This document shows, one piece after another, positions 28,240 to 37,516 of a stretch of 64,000 nt of DNA. The position numbers and the translations under genes were made by a program. Below the pieces are notes generated by a model. The model ran no database searches, was not told the origin of the DNA, and worked only from the letters and a program-made list of their open reading frames with translations. Numbering within the stretch: position 1 is the stretch's first letter; each line of letters opens with the position of its first letter. Origin of the DNA: Thermodesulfobacteriota bacterium (lineage in GTDB: Bacteria; Desulfobacterota_D; UBA1144; Nemesobacterales; Nemesobacteraceae); NCBI GenBank assembly GCA_965202785.1, contig OZ241855.1, forward strand, positions 754,633-818,632, written 5' to 3'.

Positions 28240-28544
28240 TGACTGCTAAAAGCATTGAAGTGAATATGACCCCTTCGCATCCAGGTGACTTCATCCGCAC
28301 GGAGGTTGTTGAGGAGTTGAGCCTGACCGTGACTAAAGCAGCTGAGATTCTAGGGGTTCGCCGTGCAACGCTTTCCGATCTGCTGAACGGCAAAACCGCA
28401 CTGTCGCCGGAAATGGCCCTTCGCATTGAAAAAGCTTTCGGGGTGGGCATGGAAATGCTGTTACGGATGCAAGCATGGTACGATGCTTCACAAATGCGAG
28501 CCCGCGCAAGCGATATCAGTGTGCAGCGCTACGAACCCTCCTAA
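28239..28544 (+). CDS. higA: HigA antitoxin (XRE-family HTH)
   Basis: HPGDFIRTEVVEELSLTVTKAAEILGVRRATLSDLLNGKTALSPEMALRIEKAFG. Its start overlaps the higB stop in TAATG. Confidence 0.85.
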   Translation: MTAKSIEVNMTPSHPGDFIRTEVVEELSLTVTKAAEILGVRRATLSDLLNGKTALSPEMALRIEKAFGVGMEMLLRMQAWYDASQMRARASDISVQRYEPS

Positions 28545-28580
28545 TGAGCACAGCTTTTCCACTGGGGATTCATTGGTTTT

Positions 28581-29942
28581 TCAGGAAAATTTGGCGATCG
28601 TTTCTTTAAGCGTTCTCTCCACGATTTCCCTTATTTCCGCAAGCCTAGATTCGGTCTGAGCTTCGAACCGGAGCACAAGGGCAGGCTGGGTGTTGGATGC
28701 GCGGAGAAGTCCCCATCCGTCCGGGTACTCAACCCTGACTCCATCTATGTCAACCACTTCGTTTTGCTCCCCGAGCTTTTTCTTTACCGCTTCCGTTACC
28801 TGAAACTTGATCTCATCGGGACAATCAATTCTTATCTCCGGGGTTGCGAAGGTCTTAGGTAACCCTGTAAGCAGTTCCGAAGCCTTCTTTCCCGTTTTTG
28901 AGAGGATTTCAAGAAACCGAAGTCCTGCGTAAAGAGCATCATCGTATCCGAAAAACCTGTTTTTAAAGAAAATGTGGCCGCTCATCTCCCCTCCGAGTTC
29001 CGCACCCTCCTTTTTCATCTTGTCCTTGATTACCGAGTGGCCGGTTTTCCACATGATGGGATTCCCGCCGGCTTCCCGTATCTTGGAGAAAAGATTTCCC
29101 GAACACTTAACGTCCCCTATTATGGTTGCTCCCGGGTTCGTTTCGAGAAGATCGAGCGAATAGACAAGGAGAAGCATATCTCCGCTCATTGAGTTTCCCT
29201 GCTCATCGACAATTCCTATCCTGTCCGCGTCCCCGTCAAATGCCAAACCCACGTCAAGGCCGGCCTCCAAGATCTTTTTCTTTATGTCAGAGAGGTTCTC
29301 CTCGACCGTGGGATCCGGGTGGTGGTTCGGAAAATCCCCATCAGGATCCATGTAAAGCTCATGAACTTCGCAGCCGAATCTCCTGAGTATCTGCGGGCAG
29401 GCCACTCCGGCGGTTCCGTTGCCGCCGTCAGCTGCGACTTTTATTCCCGGTTCTATATGAAGATTCTGCTCTAAAAACCCGAGGTAGCGCTCAACTATGT
29501 CCGACTGTCTCTTTCTCCCCGTTCCCGTTTTGAACTTGCCCTCTTCGACCGATTCTCTTATTTTCTGTATGCCTTCGCCGAAAAGGGAATTCTGACCGAC
29601 GCACATTTTAAGCCCGTTGTACTCGGAGGGATTGTGACTGGCAGTTACCATCACCCCGCCGTCAACGCCCGATGTGAAGGTGGAGAAATAAACCATCGGG
29701 GTCGTTACCATCCCTATGTCGACCACACTAACGCCGGTTGAGGTTATTCCTTCGCAGAGTGCGTCCCGGAATGCCGGGGAGGATTTCCTGCAGTCGTATC
29801 CAACGGAAACCTCTGTCCCCCCGTCCTCGGCCACCATGGTTCCATAGGCTTTTCCGATTCTCTCGACGACCTCTTCTGTGATGCTCTCTCCCGCTATGCC
29901 CCTTATGTCGTATTCTCTGAATATAGCTTTGTCGGCAACCAA
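28581..29942 (-). CDS. Phosphomannomutase/phosphoglucomutase (alpha-D-phosphohexomutase family)
   Basis: Active-site TASHNPSEYNGLK and a metal-binding DGDADR loop, 453 aa. Confidence 0.88.
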   Translation of the reverse strand: MVADKAIFREYDIRGIAGESITEEVVERIGKAYGTMVAEDGGTEVSVGYDCRKSSPAFRDALCEGITSTGVSVVDIGMVTTPMVYFSTFTSGVDGGVMVTASHNPSEYNGLKMCVGQNSLFGEGIQKIRESVEEGKFKTGTGRKRQSDIVERYLGFLEQNLHIEPGIKVAADGGNGTAGVACPQILRRFGCEVHELYMDPDGDFPNHHPDPTVEENLSDIKKKILEAGLDVGLAFDGDADRIGIVDEQGNSMSGDMLLLVYSLDLLETNPGATIIGDVKCSGNLFSKIREAGGNPIMWKTGHSVIKDKMKKEGAELGGEMSGHIFFKNRFFGYDDALYAGLRFLEILSKTGKKASELLTGLPKTFATPEIRIDCPDEIKFQVTEAVKKKLGEQNEVVDIDGVRVEYPDGWGLLRASNTQPALVLRFEAQTESRLAEIREIVERTLKETIAKFS

Positions 29943-30048
29943 CCTTAACGTACCCCTTTATTTTTAAGCCCTTAATTATAATATCCACGGGGATTTATAA
30001 AAGGCGTTTTTCTTGACTTTAGTTTTTCGAGTCTTATCATTTCCTTCC

Positions 30049-31536
30049 ATGGTTTCTCCCTCCTACGAACAATTTCTCGAGAACCTCGAGCACGGGAATC
30101 TCGTACCCGTGTGGGAGGAAGTTCTGGCCGATTACGATACTCCGGTTTCGGTTTTCAGGAAGATAGACTCGCCCGATTACTCTTTTCTATTCGAAAGCGT
30201 GGAGGGCGGAGACAAATGGGCGCGCTACAGCTTTCTGGGCACGGAACCCTCGGTGGTGTTCCGCTCTAAGGGCCGAAACATCGAGATAATCCGCTCGGAC
30301 GGGGAAACCGAAACGTTCACGGGCGACCCGATTCTGGCGTTGCGGGACCTGCTTTCACTATACAGGCCGGTTTCCTCGGAGGAGCTTCCGAGATTTCACG
30401 GCGGAGCGGTCGGTTACTTCGGTTACGACATGATCAGGTTTATAGAGGATATTCCCGATACTTCTCCTGATGAGCTTAAGCTCTGGGACTCCGTTTACAT
30501 GGTAATGGATACCGTTTTGGCGTTCGATAACGTTACGAGCAAGATAAAGATCATCTCAAATGCCTATGTTCCCGACGTTAAAAATGCGAGGGAGGAGTAC
30601 GAAAAGTCCCTTGCGAAAATAGCCGAGCTTAAAAACAGGCTTAAAAGTTCGCTTAGTGAAAAGTTTACCAACGGTATTCCTCAAGATGTTGGCGAGGGAG
30701 AATTCAAGCTCGAGCCCAATTTCGAACCCGCACACTTCAAGGATGCGGTTCTCAGGACCAAGGAATACATAAAATCAGGGGACATAATACAGGCCGTAAT
30801 ATCCCAGAGATGGAAGACGGACCTGAGAGTCGATCCTTTTGATCTCTACAGGGCGCTCAGGATACTAAACCCTTCTCCGTACATGTTTTTCCTGAGGATG
30901 GGTGATGAGATACTCACCGGATCTTCTCCCGAGGTAATGGTGAGGGTCGAAGGGGAAAGAATTACGAGCCGGCCGATAGCCGGAACGCGGCCGAGAGGAA
31001 GAACCGTCTCCGAGGACGAAGGACTCGTGGCCGAACTCATTGTGGACCCTAAGGAGAGGGCCGAACACATAATGCTTGTCGATCTTGCGAGAAACGATCT
31101 GGGAAGAGTTTCCAATACGGGCTCGGTCAAAGTAGACGATTTCATGATCGTAGAGAGATATTCCCACGTGATGCATATAGTTTCGAACGTGACGGCCCTG
31201 CTTGCCGAGGGGGCAGATGCCTTTGACGTCATAAAGGCGACTTTCCCCGCGGGCACTCTTTCCGGGGCGCCAAAGGTAAGAGCGATGGAAATAATTGAAG
31301 AGACCGAACCGGCGACTAGAGGGGCATACGGGGGATGCGTCTGCTACTTCAGTTTCTCGGGCAACATGGACAGTTGCATAACCATAAGAACGTTTGTGAT
31401 AAAAGACGGCAAAGTCTACATACAGGCGGGAGCTGGCATAGTGGCAGATTCGAATCCCGAAACCGAGTATCAGGAAACGGTTAACAAGGTAAAGGCCTTG
31501 GTGAAATCGGTTGAGCTTGCGGAGGATGGACTCTGA
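30049..31536 (+). CDS. Anthranilate synthase component I-like / aminodeoxychorismate synthase component I (TrpE/PabB family)
   Basis: Chorismate-binding domain (IAGTRPRG...LVDLARNDLGRV...GAYGG). The start is uncertain: ATG at 30049 or TTG at 30013. No trpDCBA genes are nearby. Confidence 0.8.
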   Translation: MVSPSYEQFLENLEHGNLVPVWEEVLADYDTPVSVFRKIDSPDYSFLFESVEGGDKWARYSFLGTEPSVVFRSKGRNIEIIRSDGETETFTGDPILALRDLLSLYRPVSSEELPRFHGGAVGYFGYDMIRFIEDIPDTSPDELKLWDSVYMVMDTVLAFDNVTSKIKIISNAYVPDVKNAREEYEKSLAKIAELKNRLKSSLSEKFTNGIPQDVGEGEFKLEPNFEPAHFKDAVLRTKEYIKSGDIIQAVISQRWKTDLRVDPFDLYRALRILNPSPYMFFLRMGDEILTGSSPEVMVRVEGERITSRPIAGTRPRGRTVSEDEGLVAELIVDPKERAEHIMLVDLARNDLGRVSNTGSVKVDDFMIVERYSHVMHIVSNVTALLAEGADAFDVIKATFPAGTLSGAPKVRAMEIIEETEPATRGAYGGCVCYFSFSGNMDSCITIRTFVIKDGKVYIQAGAGIVADSNPETEYQETVNKVKALVKSVELAEDGL

Positions 31537-32126
31537 TGACCGAAGGGAAAAAGAAAATGATTTTAATGATCGATAATTACGATTCCTTTACCTATAACCT
31601 GGTCCACTACCTGGGGGAACTCGGTCAGCAGATCGAGGTGAGGAGAAATGACTGTCTTGATTTCGGTTTCGTGGATGATCTTGACCCTGACATAATCGTA
31701 ATCTCTCCCGGACCCTGCACGCCCAAAGAGGCAGGGCTTTCGGTCGACATAATAAAGAGGTATGTAGGAAAAAAACCCATTCTCGGCGTTTGCCTGGGTC
31801 ACCAGGCGGTGGGTTATGCGTACGGGGCGAACATAGTCCAGGCTGAGAGGCTTCTGCACGGAAAAACCTCCCCGATCATTCACGACGAGAAAACTATCTA
31901 TAAAGATCTTCCGAATCCTTTTGAAGCTACGAGATATCATTCACTTTTGGTGGAAGAGGCATCCCTTCCGTCCGACTTCGAGATTTCCGCCTGGACCGAG
32001 GAAGGTGAAATCATGGGGATAAGGCACAGGGAGTTTCCTGTTGAAGGCGTGCAGTTTCACCCCGAGTCCATCCTTACGGAGTGCGGGAAGGATCTTCTCA
32101 GAAACTTTATCGACTACTATGGATAA
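31536..32126 (+). CDS. Glutamine amidotransferase, TrpG/PabA type
   Basis: MILMIDNYDSFTYNLV, catalytic GVCLGHQ, and C-terminal HPES. It is translationally coupled to the upstream gene. Confidence 0.88.
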   Translation: MTEGKKKMILMIDNYDSFTYNLVHYLGELGQQIEVRRNDCLDFGFVDDLDPDIIVISPGPCTPKEAGLSVDIIKRYVGKKPILGVCLGHQAVGYAYGANIVQAERLLHGKTSPIIHDEKTIYKDLPNPFEATRYHSLLVEEASLPSDFEISAWTEEGEIMGIRHREFPVEGVQFHPESILTECGKDLLRNFIDYYG

Positions 32127-32398
32127 AGCCGATACGGCTTCCCCGTTTCTTTTTTCCTGTTTGAGAAACCCTTTCGACTTATTAAGATATTTAGAGCATA
32201 GGACCGCATTTTAACCAGCTTTTCCCCCAAATGCGGTCCTGAACCGAAAAAGCGGTTTACGGTCTGTTTTTGCTCGCTCACATTTCAGTGTGAGCGCAAA
32301 GTCCCGAAGCAGTTAAGTCTGTCAAGCTATGTATGAGTTAGTTAAACAAAGAGAGGTTTTAAGGGAGCAGGGTTCGAATCTGTTTCGCGGGAGGTCAG

Positions 32399-34174
32399 AT
32401 GGGCCTTCTGGTTGAAGCTTTCATTTTTCTGCTGGCGACGATTGTCGTTGTTCCTGTCTGCCGTAAGTTCGGATTGAGCAGCGTGCTTGGCTACCTGCTT
32501 GTTGGATTGCTGATTGGCCCAAGCGTGTTCGGGCTTGTGGGCAATGCAACGGAAGTTCTGCACTTTGCTGAGTTCGGAATCGTTTTGTTGATGTTTCTCA
32601 TCGGTCTTGAACTTCGTCCGCATCGCCTGTGGACCATGCGGAGATTTCTCTTCGGGCTTGGTACAACCCAGATACTCATAACTTCAGTCGTCATTGCGGT
32701 GTTCTGCTTTATGTTGCTGGGGATGGGCACGCCTGCGTCAATACTGATCGGGTTTTCTCTTGCTCTTTCAAGCACGGCATTTGTCGTGCAGTGGCTCGGA
32801 GAGCACAGGGAGTTCAACAGGCCCCATGGACGTGCGGCTTTCGGTACGCTGCTTATGCAGGATGTCGCCGTTATCCCTGCAATAGCCTTGATAGGTATCT
32901 TGTCTTCTAAGCCCGGGGATTCGGTGTCGTTGAACTTGATGCTTCTTATCGCTGTTGTGGCTGGATTCGTGGTTGCTCGGTTTACGCTTCGCCCCGCCCT
33001 GCGTTTTGTTGCCTCCACGGGAATCCATGAACTTTTCACAGCCGCTGCGCTTACACTCGTGACAGGTGCCGCCTTGGCAATGCACAGCATTGGTTTTTCA
33101 ATGGGGCTCGGGGCTTTCGTAGCGGGGGTTATGGTTGCCGATTCTGAGTATCGCCACCAGCTTGAAGCGGACATAATGCCCTTTAAGGGGTTGCTTTTGG
33201 GCCTTTTCTTCATTGCGGTCGGCATGTCGGCCAACTTGGGCTTGCTGATCAGCAAGCCGCTTTTGATCATCGGACTGACTGCGGTTCTCATGGTCGTAAA
33301 ATCGCTCGTTATATACCCGCTTGCCAGATTGCAGGGTCTTGAGCACGATGAAGCGGTGCGGACGGGGCTTGTGCTTTCCCAGGGCGGGGAGTTTGCCTTT
33401 ATTCTGTTTACCATAGGCGTTTCGGCGCAGCTTGTAGATCAATTCGTCGTCGATGTTGCCGTTTTGGTGGTAACGTTGTCAATGGCAGCAACACCTTTTC
33501 TCGTTGCGATCGGTTCCCGGTTCGGTGCCGAAAAGGACAGCGCACCTGCGCCGGCAGAGGAAACCCATGGATCGCAGAATTCCGTTATCATCGTGGGCTT
33601 TGGTCCGTTCGGCCAGACTGTAGCCCGGATACTGACCATACTTGAAATTCCGTTCACGGTGATTGAACTTGATCCCAAGAGGGTTGACTTCGTTCGTCAG
33701 TTTGCAAGTGAAACATACTATGGCAACGCATCGAGCCTGCGGGTTCTGCTGTCCGCTCATATTGACCGGGCTCCTGCGATCGTCGTGGCGATCGACGATG
33801 TCGAATCGTCTCTGAAAATAGTCGGTCAGGTATCTAATGCTTTTCCGAACCTTAAAATTATGGCGCGTGCTAGGAATCGTTTTCACGAAATAAAGCTCCG
33901 CGAGCTGGGGGTGACCTCCGTGATTCGCGAGACTCTGCTTTCAAGCCTTGCTCTTTCAACCCAGCTGCTTGAGCACCTGGGGGTTCCACCGACCGATTCA
34001 GCGGGGATAATTCAGGCGTTTCGTGAACATGATGCCCAAACTCTGGATAGCCAGATGGCGGTTTACCACGATAAAACCGGGTTTCCTGAAGAGGTGTTTG
34101 ATCCTACGCAGGAACTAAAGGAGTTGTTCAAGGAAGACAAAAAAACCAGTCTACGCACCGAAAAGGAAACTTGA
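32399..34174 (+). CDS. CPA2-family K+/H+ antiporter with a C-terminal RCK/TrkA-N domain (KefB/KefC-like)
   Basis: About 12 TM helices, then VIIVGFGPFGQTVARIL (Rossmann fold), 591 aa. Confidence 0.82.
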   Translation: MGLLVEAFIFLLATIVVVPVCRKFGLSSVLGYLLVGLLIGPSVFGLVGNATEVLHFAEFGIVLLMFLIGLELRPHRLWTMRRFLFGLGTTQILITSVVIAVFCFMLLGMGTPASILIGFSLALSSTAFVVQWLGEHREFNRPHGRAAFGTLLMQDVAVIPAIALIGILSSKPGDSVSLNLMLLIAVVAGFVVARFTLRPALRFVASTGIHELFTAAALTLVTGAALAMHSIGFSMGLGAFVAGVMVADSEYRHQLEADIMPFKGLLLGLFFIAVGMSANLGLLISKPLLIIGLTAVLMVVKSLVIYPLARLQGLEHDEAVRTGLVLSQGGEFAFILFTIGVSAQLVDQFVVDVAVLVVTLSMAATPFLVAIGSRFGAEKDSAPAPAEETHGSQNSVIIVGFGPFGQTVARILTILEIPFTVIELDPKRVDFVRQFASETYYGNASSLRVLLSAHIDRAPAIVVAIDDVESSLKIVGQVSNAFPNLKIMARARNRFHEIKLRELGVTSVIRETLLSSLALSTQLLEHLGVPPTDSAGIIQAFREHDAQTLDSQMAVYHDKTGFPEEVFDPTQELKELFKEDKKTSLRTEKET

Positions 34175-34457
34175 TAAGTTTTTTTTCTGCCCCTGCTTAT
34201 AGAAGCTGTCTCTCTTTTTTGAACAATAGCAGTAACATCCCTTGAAGTTCTTTATTTTCTTAAACCGAGGGCACGCACCTCCGATCTTCCTTATTTCACT
34301 AATTGGTATGGTTTCATCAATCGTTGAAAAGAGCTATGTACTGAAAAACTTGAGGTTAGCTCATAAACGGTATTTACAAAAGCCATCGTTTAAGTCTCAT
34401 CCGTGACTGGAAATTCTAGTTTTTTTAATTCAACTGTTCATGATGACTGGGGTCTTT

Positions 34458-34492
34458 TGCACAATTTGAAAGTACTACTTTCAAATTGTGCA
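34458..34492 (+). promoter_or_regulatory. Perfect 16-bp-arm palindrome (3-bp spacer), candidate operator in the 500-bp AT-rich region upstream of the first ANL ligase gene
   Basis: TGCACAATTTGAAAGT-act-ACTTTCAAATTGTGCA. Confidence 0.45.
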
Positions 34493-34679
34493 TTATTGGG
34501 GCAAGTTTCTCGGGCAATATTTTTGTCAGTTGTCTCTTTTTTAATGTCCAAATGTATGTGCGCAGGGTCCCGTTAACAGTTTTTTTTCAGGTAAACTAAA
34601 ATGTTCAGAATAGACAACGGTTAAAAACCGTCAAAACTGCCAATTTGTATTCTGAAACTAAAATACGCAAGAGGAAAAA

Positions 34680-36398
34680 ATGAAACTGCCTTTACGTCCG
34701 AGAGACGAAAAATACATAGGAAAAGGGACTCTTCCCAACGGTCCCTTAGACGACACCGACAACTGGCTTCCCATAACCAGGTACCTTGAGGCGGGGGCAG
34801 AGTCCTATCCCGAAAAAACAATGTTCAGCCTCGGGGATTCAGACGGCAAAGTAGCGGAAAGCTACAGCTACGGGGAAACAAATGCCTGGGCAAACAGGGT
34901 TGCGAATGGCCTCGTCGGGGAGTTCGGCATAAAAAGGGGGGACAAGGTCGGCATGTACATGCTCAACTGTTCCGAATATGTCATATCAATCATCGCCGCG
35001 CACAAATCGGGCGCCGTCCAGGTCCCTATAAACAAGGATGAAAAAGGCGATAGGCTGGCTTACGTAATAAACTACTCCGAGATGCGGGTGCTCGTTGTTG
35101 ATACCCAGAGCCTTCCCTACATAGGTGAAATAGCGGATAAGCTTGAGAATCTCGAAGCGATTTTTCTTGTCTCGGAGGAGGTTCCGGCGGACATAGGGGG
35201 TATAAAGGCATTTCCTTTTTCTGTCTTTGAGCAGTTCTCATCCGAAAACCCCGGGGTCGACGTGACGATTGCCGACAAGGAAAGATGCATGTTCACTTCC
35301 GGCACCACAGGGATGCCTAAGGGAGTTATACGCGATCACGGGGGAGTGATCATGACGGTCCGCTCCTTCATACAGCAGCAGGGACTCAGAAGCGAGGACG
35401 TCTTGATGACGGTTCTTTCCCTTGGACACGCAAACGCCCAGGTGATGTGCCTTTTTGTTTCAATAGCCGTTGGCGGCTCTGCAGTTTTCTTCCCGAGGTT
35501 CTCCGCTTCCAATTTCTGGAAGTGGGCTGCCGGCTGCGGGGCGACCGGGGCTAACATGCTCGGGGCGGTGCCCGAGTACATATGGTCTTCTCCGTTGTCT
35601 GAGTGGGATTCAAGGCACGGAATAAGGATGATGCTCTCGGGGCCCGCGCCTAAAAAGCTTCGCGAGTTCGAGGAAAGGTTCAACACGAAGATAGTGGAAG
35701 GCTACGGATCTACCGAAATGGGAATGCCGCTCTGGAAAGACCCCGAGGATGAAAATCCGGGTTCATGCGGACTTCCCGTCGAGGGATACCACCTCGAGAT
35801 AAGAGATCCCCTGAACACAGACGAGATCATAAACAAACCTTGGGACGTGGATAAGAATCCCGCTCCTGCAGAGGAGGAAAAGGGGCTTCTTTTCATAAAG
35901 CCTCTGGTTCCGCACACGACCCTAGATGAATATTTCAAGGACGAGAGAAGAACGAAAAACGCTTTTGACGACCAAGGCTTTTTCAATTCGGATGACCTGT
36001 TTGCCGTTGGAACCGATGGGAGATACTACTTCATGGGCCGCTACAGCAGAATACGCGTGTCGGGAGAGAATGTGGATCCGGTAGCCGTGGCAGATGTCTC
36101 GGAGGAACATCCTTCAGTTCGGGAGGCTGTGGCCGTAGGCCTTAGACTGCCCGACATATCGGATGACGAGATCAAACTTAACCTGATACTTAAGGAAGGG
36201 GCGGATTTCGATCCTGTGGGGTTCTGCGAGTGGATGGCCGAGAAAGTTATGGTGGCAATGGTTCCCAGGTTTATCGAAATCTACGAGGAATTTCCGCTTA
36301 CCTCGACCCAGAAGATTGCGGTTTCAGAACTTAAAAAGATATCCGATTCCACCTGGGACAGGCACAAAAGCGGGCTCAAGCTCAGGTCAAGAAAGTGA
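34680..36398 (+). CDS. ANL-superfamily AMP-dependent synthetase/ligase (acyl-CoA synthetase-like), paralog 1
   Basis: AMP-binding motif MFTSGTTGMPKGV, EGYGSTE, and a C-terminal GR..SRIRVSGENVDP hinge. It is about 70% identical to the product of 37517-39238. Confidence 0.8.
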   Translation: MKLPLRPRDEKYIGKGTLPNGPLDDTDNWLPITRYLEAGAESYPEKTMFSLGDSDGKVAESYSYGETNAWANRVANGLVGEFGIKRGDKVGMYMLNCSEYVISIIAAHKSGAVQVPINKDEKGDRLAYVINYSEMRVLVVDTQSLPYIGEIADKLENLEAIFLVSEEVPADIGGIKAFPFSVFEQFSSENPGVDVTIADKERCMFTSGTTGMPKGVIRDHGGVIMTVRSFIQQQGLRSEDVLMTVLSLGHANAQVMCLFVSIAVGGSAVFFPRFSASNFWKWAAGCGATGANMLGAVPEYIWSSPLSEWDSRHGIRMMLSGPAPKKLREFEERFNTKIVEGYGSTEMGMPLWKDPEDENPGSCGLPVEGYHLEIRDPLNTDEIINKPWDVDKNPAPAEEEKGLLFIKPLVPHTTLDEYFKDERRTKNAFDDQGFFNSDDLFAVGTDGRYYFMGRYSRIRVSGENVDPVAVADVSEEHPSVREAVAVGLRLPDISDDEIKLNLILKEGADFDPVGFCEWMAEKVMVAMVPRFIEIYEEFPLTSTQKIAVSELKKISDSTWDRHKSGLKLRSRK

Positions 36399-37349
36399 GC
36401 CCGAGATAAAGTAGAGAAACGCCGCGTAAACTACGAGAAGAAGGGCACCTTTCTTTTTTCCGATCCTGTTTTTACCAATCTGGGTTTTTCCAATTAGTAA
36501 TACGAAAAGAACTGTAAGCAGCAAAAAAAATGTGAATTCAGGAGTGGTTCCGAACATCTTCGGATTTACGTTTACGGGACGGATAAGTGCAACGAGACCC
36601 AGATACCCGAGGTTAAAGAAGTTGCTTCCTATGATGTTGCCGACGACTATGTTCTGTTCCTTCCTCCATGCGGCCACGAGCGAAGCGGAGAGTTCCGGAA
36701 GGGAAGTTCCGAGGGCAATTGCCGTTACGCCTATGAACAGTTCGCTTATTCCAATTTGTGTGGCAATTTCTACTGCGCTACTGACCAGAAAGTGGGCACT
36801 GCCCGCTAGAAGCACTGAACCCAAGACCACATAAAGAAGAAGTTTCCACCCGCTGTCGTCTTGCGATGCGGAAAAAGCCTCGTTTTCTTCTGTGGATTTT
36901 TTATAGGGTAGAAACAAAAGGACGCCAAGCAAGAGAAACAGCAGCACTCCTTCGCCTCTTCCGAGGGAGAATCCGGTGCGACTGAGACCGTAAGTGGCAA
37001 AAGTGATGAGCATCAAGAATAGAAGCGGGAGTTTCAGTTCTTTCCATGCTTTCCTGTTTATCACTATGGGACTTATAAGGACTGTCAGGCCGAAAATAAG
37101 CCCGACGTTGGCGATATTGCTCCCGACCATGTTTCCGACTGCTATGTCGCTTGAACCCTCTATAACCGCTACTAGACAGACTACGAACTCAGGAACGGAT
37201 GTTCCAAGTGCAACCACAATAAGTCCCGCAAAAAAGGGCCCCATGCTGGTTAGTTTTGAGATTCCTGCTGCGCCTTTAACGAGAAAAAGGCCACCTTTCC
37301 AGAGAAACGCGAAACTTAAGATAAAAATCAGCAGATTCGAAATTTCCAT
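36387..37349 (-). CDS. Ca2+/Na+ antiporter (CaCA / YrbG family)
   Basis: Two alpha-repeat regions (GSNIANVGLIFG... and GNIIGSNFFNLG), 320 aa. Confidence 0.8.
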   Translation of the reverse strand: MEISNLLIFILSFAFLWKGGLFLVKGAAGISKLTSMGPFFAGLIVVALGTSVPEFVVCLVAVIEGSSDIAVGNMVGSNIANVGLIFGLTVLISPIVINRKAWKELKLPLLFLMLITFATYGLSRTGFSLGRGEGVLLFLLLGVLLFLPYKKSTEENEAFSASQDDSGWKLLLYVVLGSVLLAGSAHFLVSSAVEIATQIGISELFIGVTAIALGTSLPELSASLVAAWRKEQNIVVGNIIGSNFFNLGYLGLVALIRPVNVNPKMFGTTPEFTFFLLLTVLFVLLIGKTQIGKNRIGKKKGALLLVVYAAFLYFISGSLS

Positions 37350-37421
37350 AAGGTCAGAAGCGGGATTCGGGCCGCATAGGGCAGGTCAAGGGGTTTTTCA
37401 GGAACCGTGAAAAAACAGGGT

Positions 37422-37450
37422 TTGCAATGAAGCACCGATTAACCTATAAT
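37422..37450 (+). promoter_or_regulatory. Sigma70-like promoter TTGCAA-N17-TATAAT upstream of ANL ligase paralog 2
   Basis: Near-consensus hexamers with exact 17-bp spacing, 66 bp upstream of the ATG. Confidence 0.5.
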
Positions 37451-37516
37451 AGTGTGGATTTTTACAGCGCCTTTTCATTTTCAAGCGCTATAAGACTGTT
37501 CAGGAGGTTACAGTAA

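Noticed and set aside
28187-28450. Minus-strand ORF overlapping higB/higA.
   Set aside because: It is antisense to the clearly recognisable HigB C-terminus and the HigA HTH.
32371-32380. GGTTCGAATC (tRNA T-loop-like motif) in the trpG-kefB intergenic region.
   Set aside because: No complementary T-stem, acceptor stem or anticodon arm could be built around it. It is probably a chance motif, or at most a degraded tRNA fragment.
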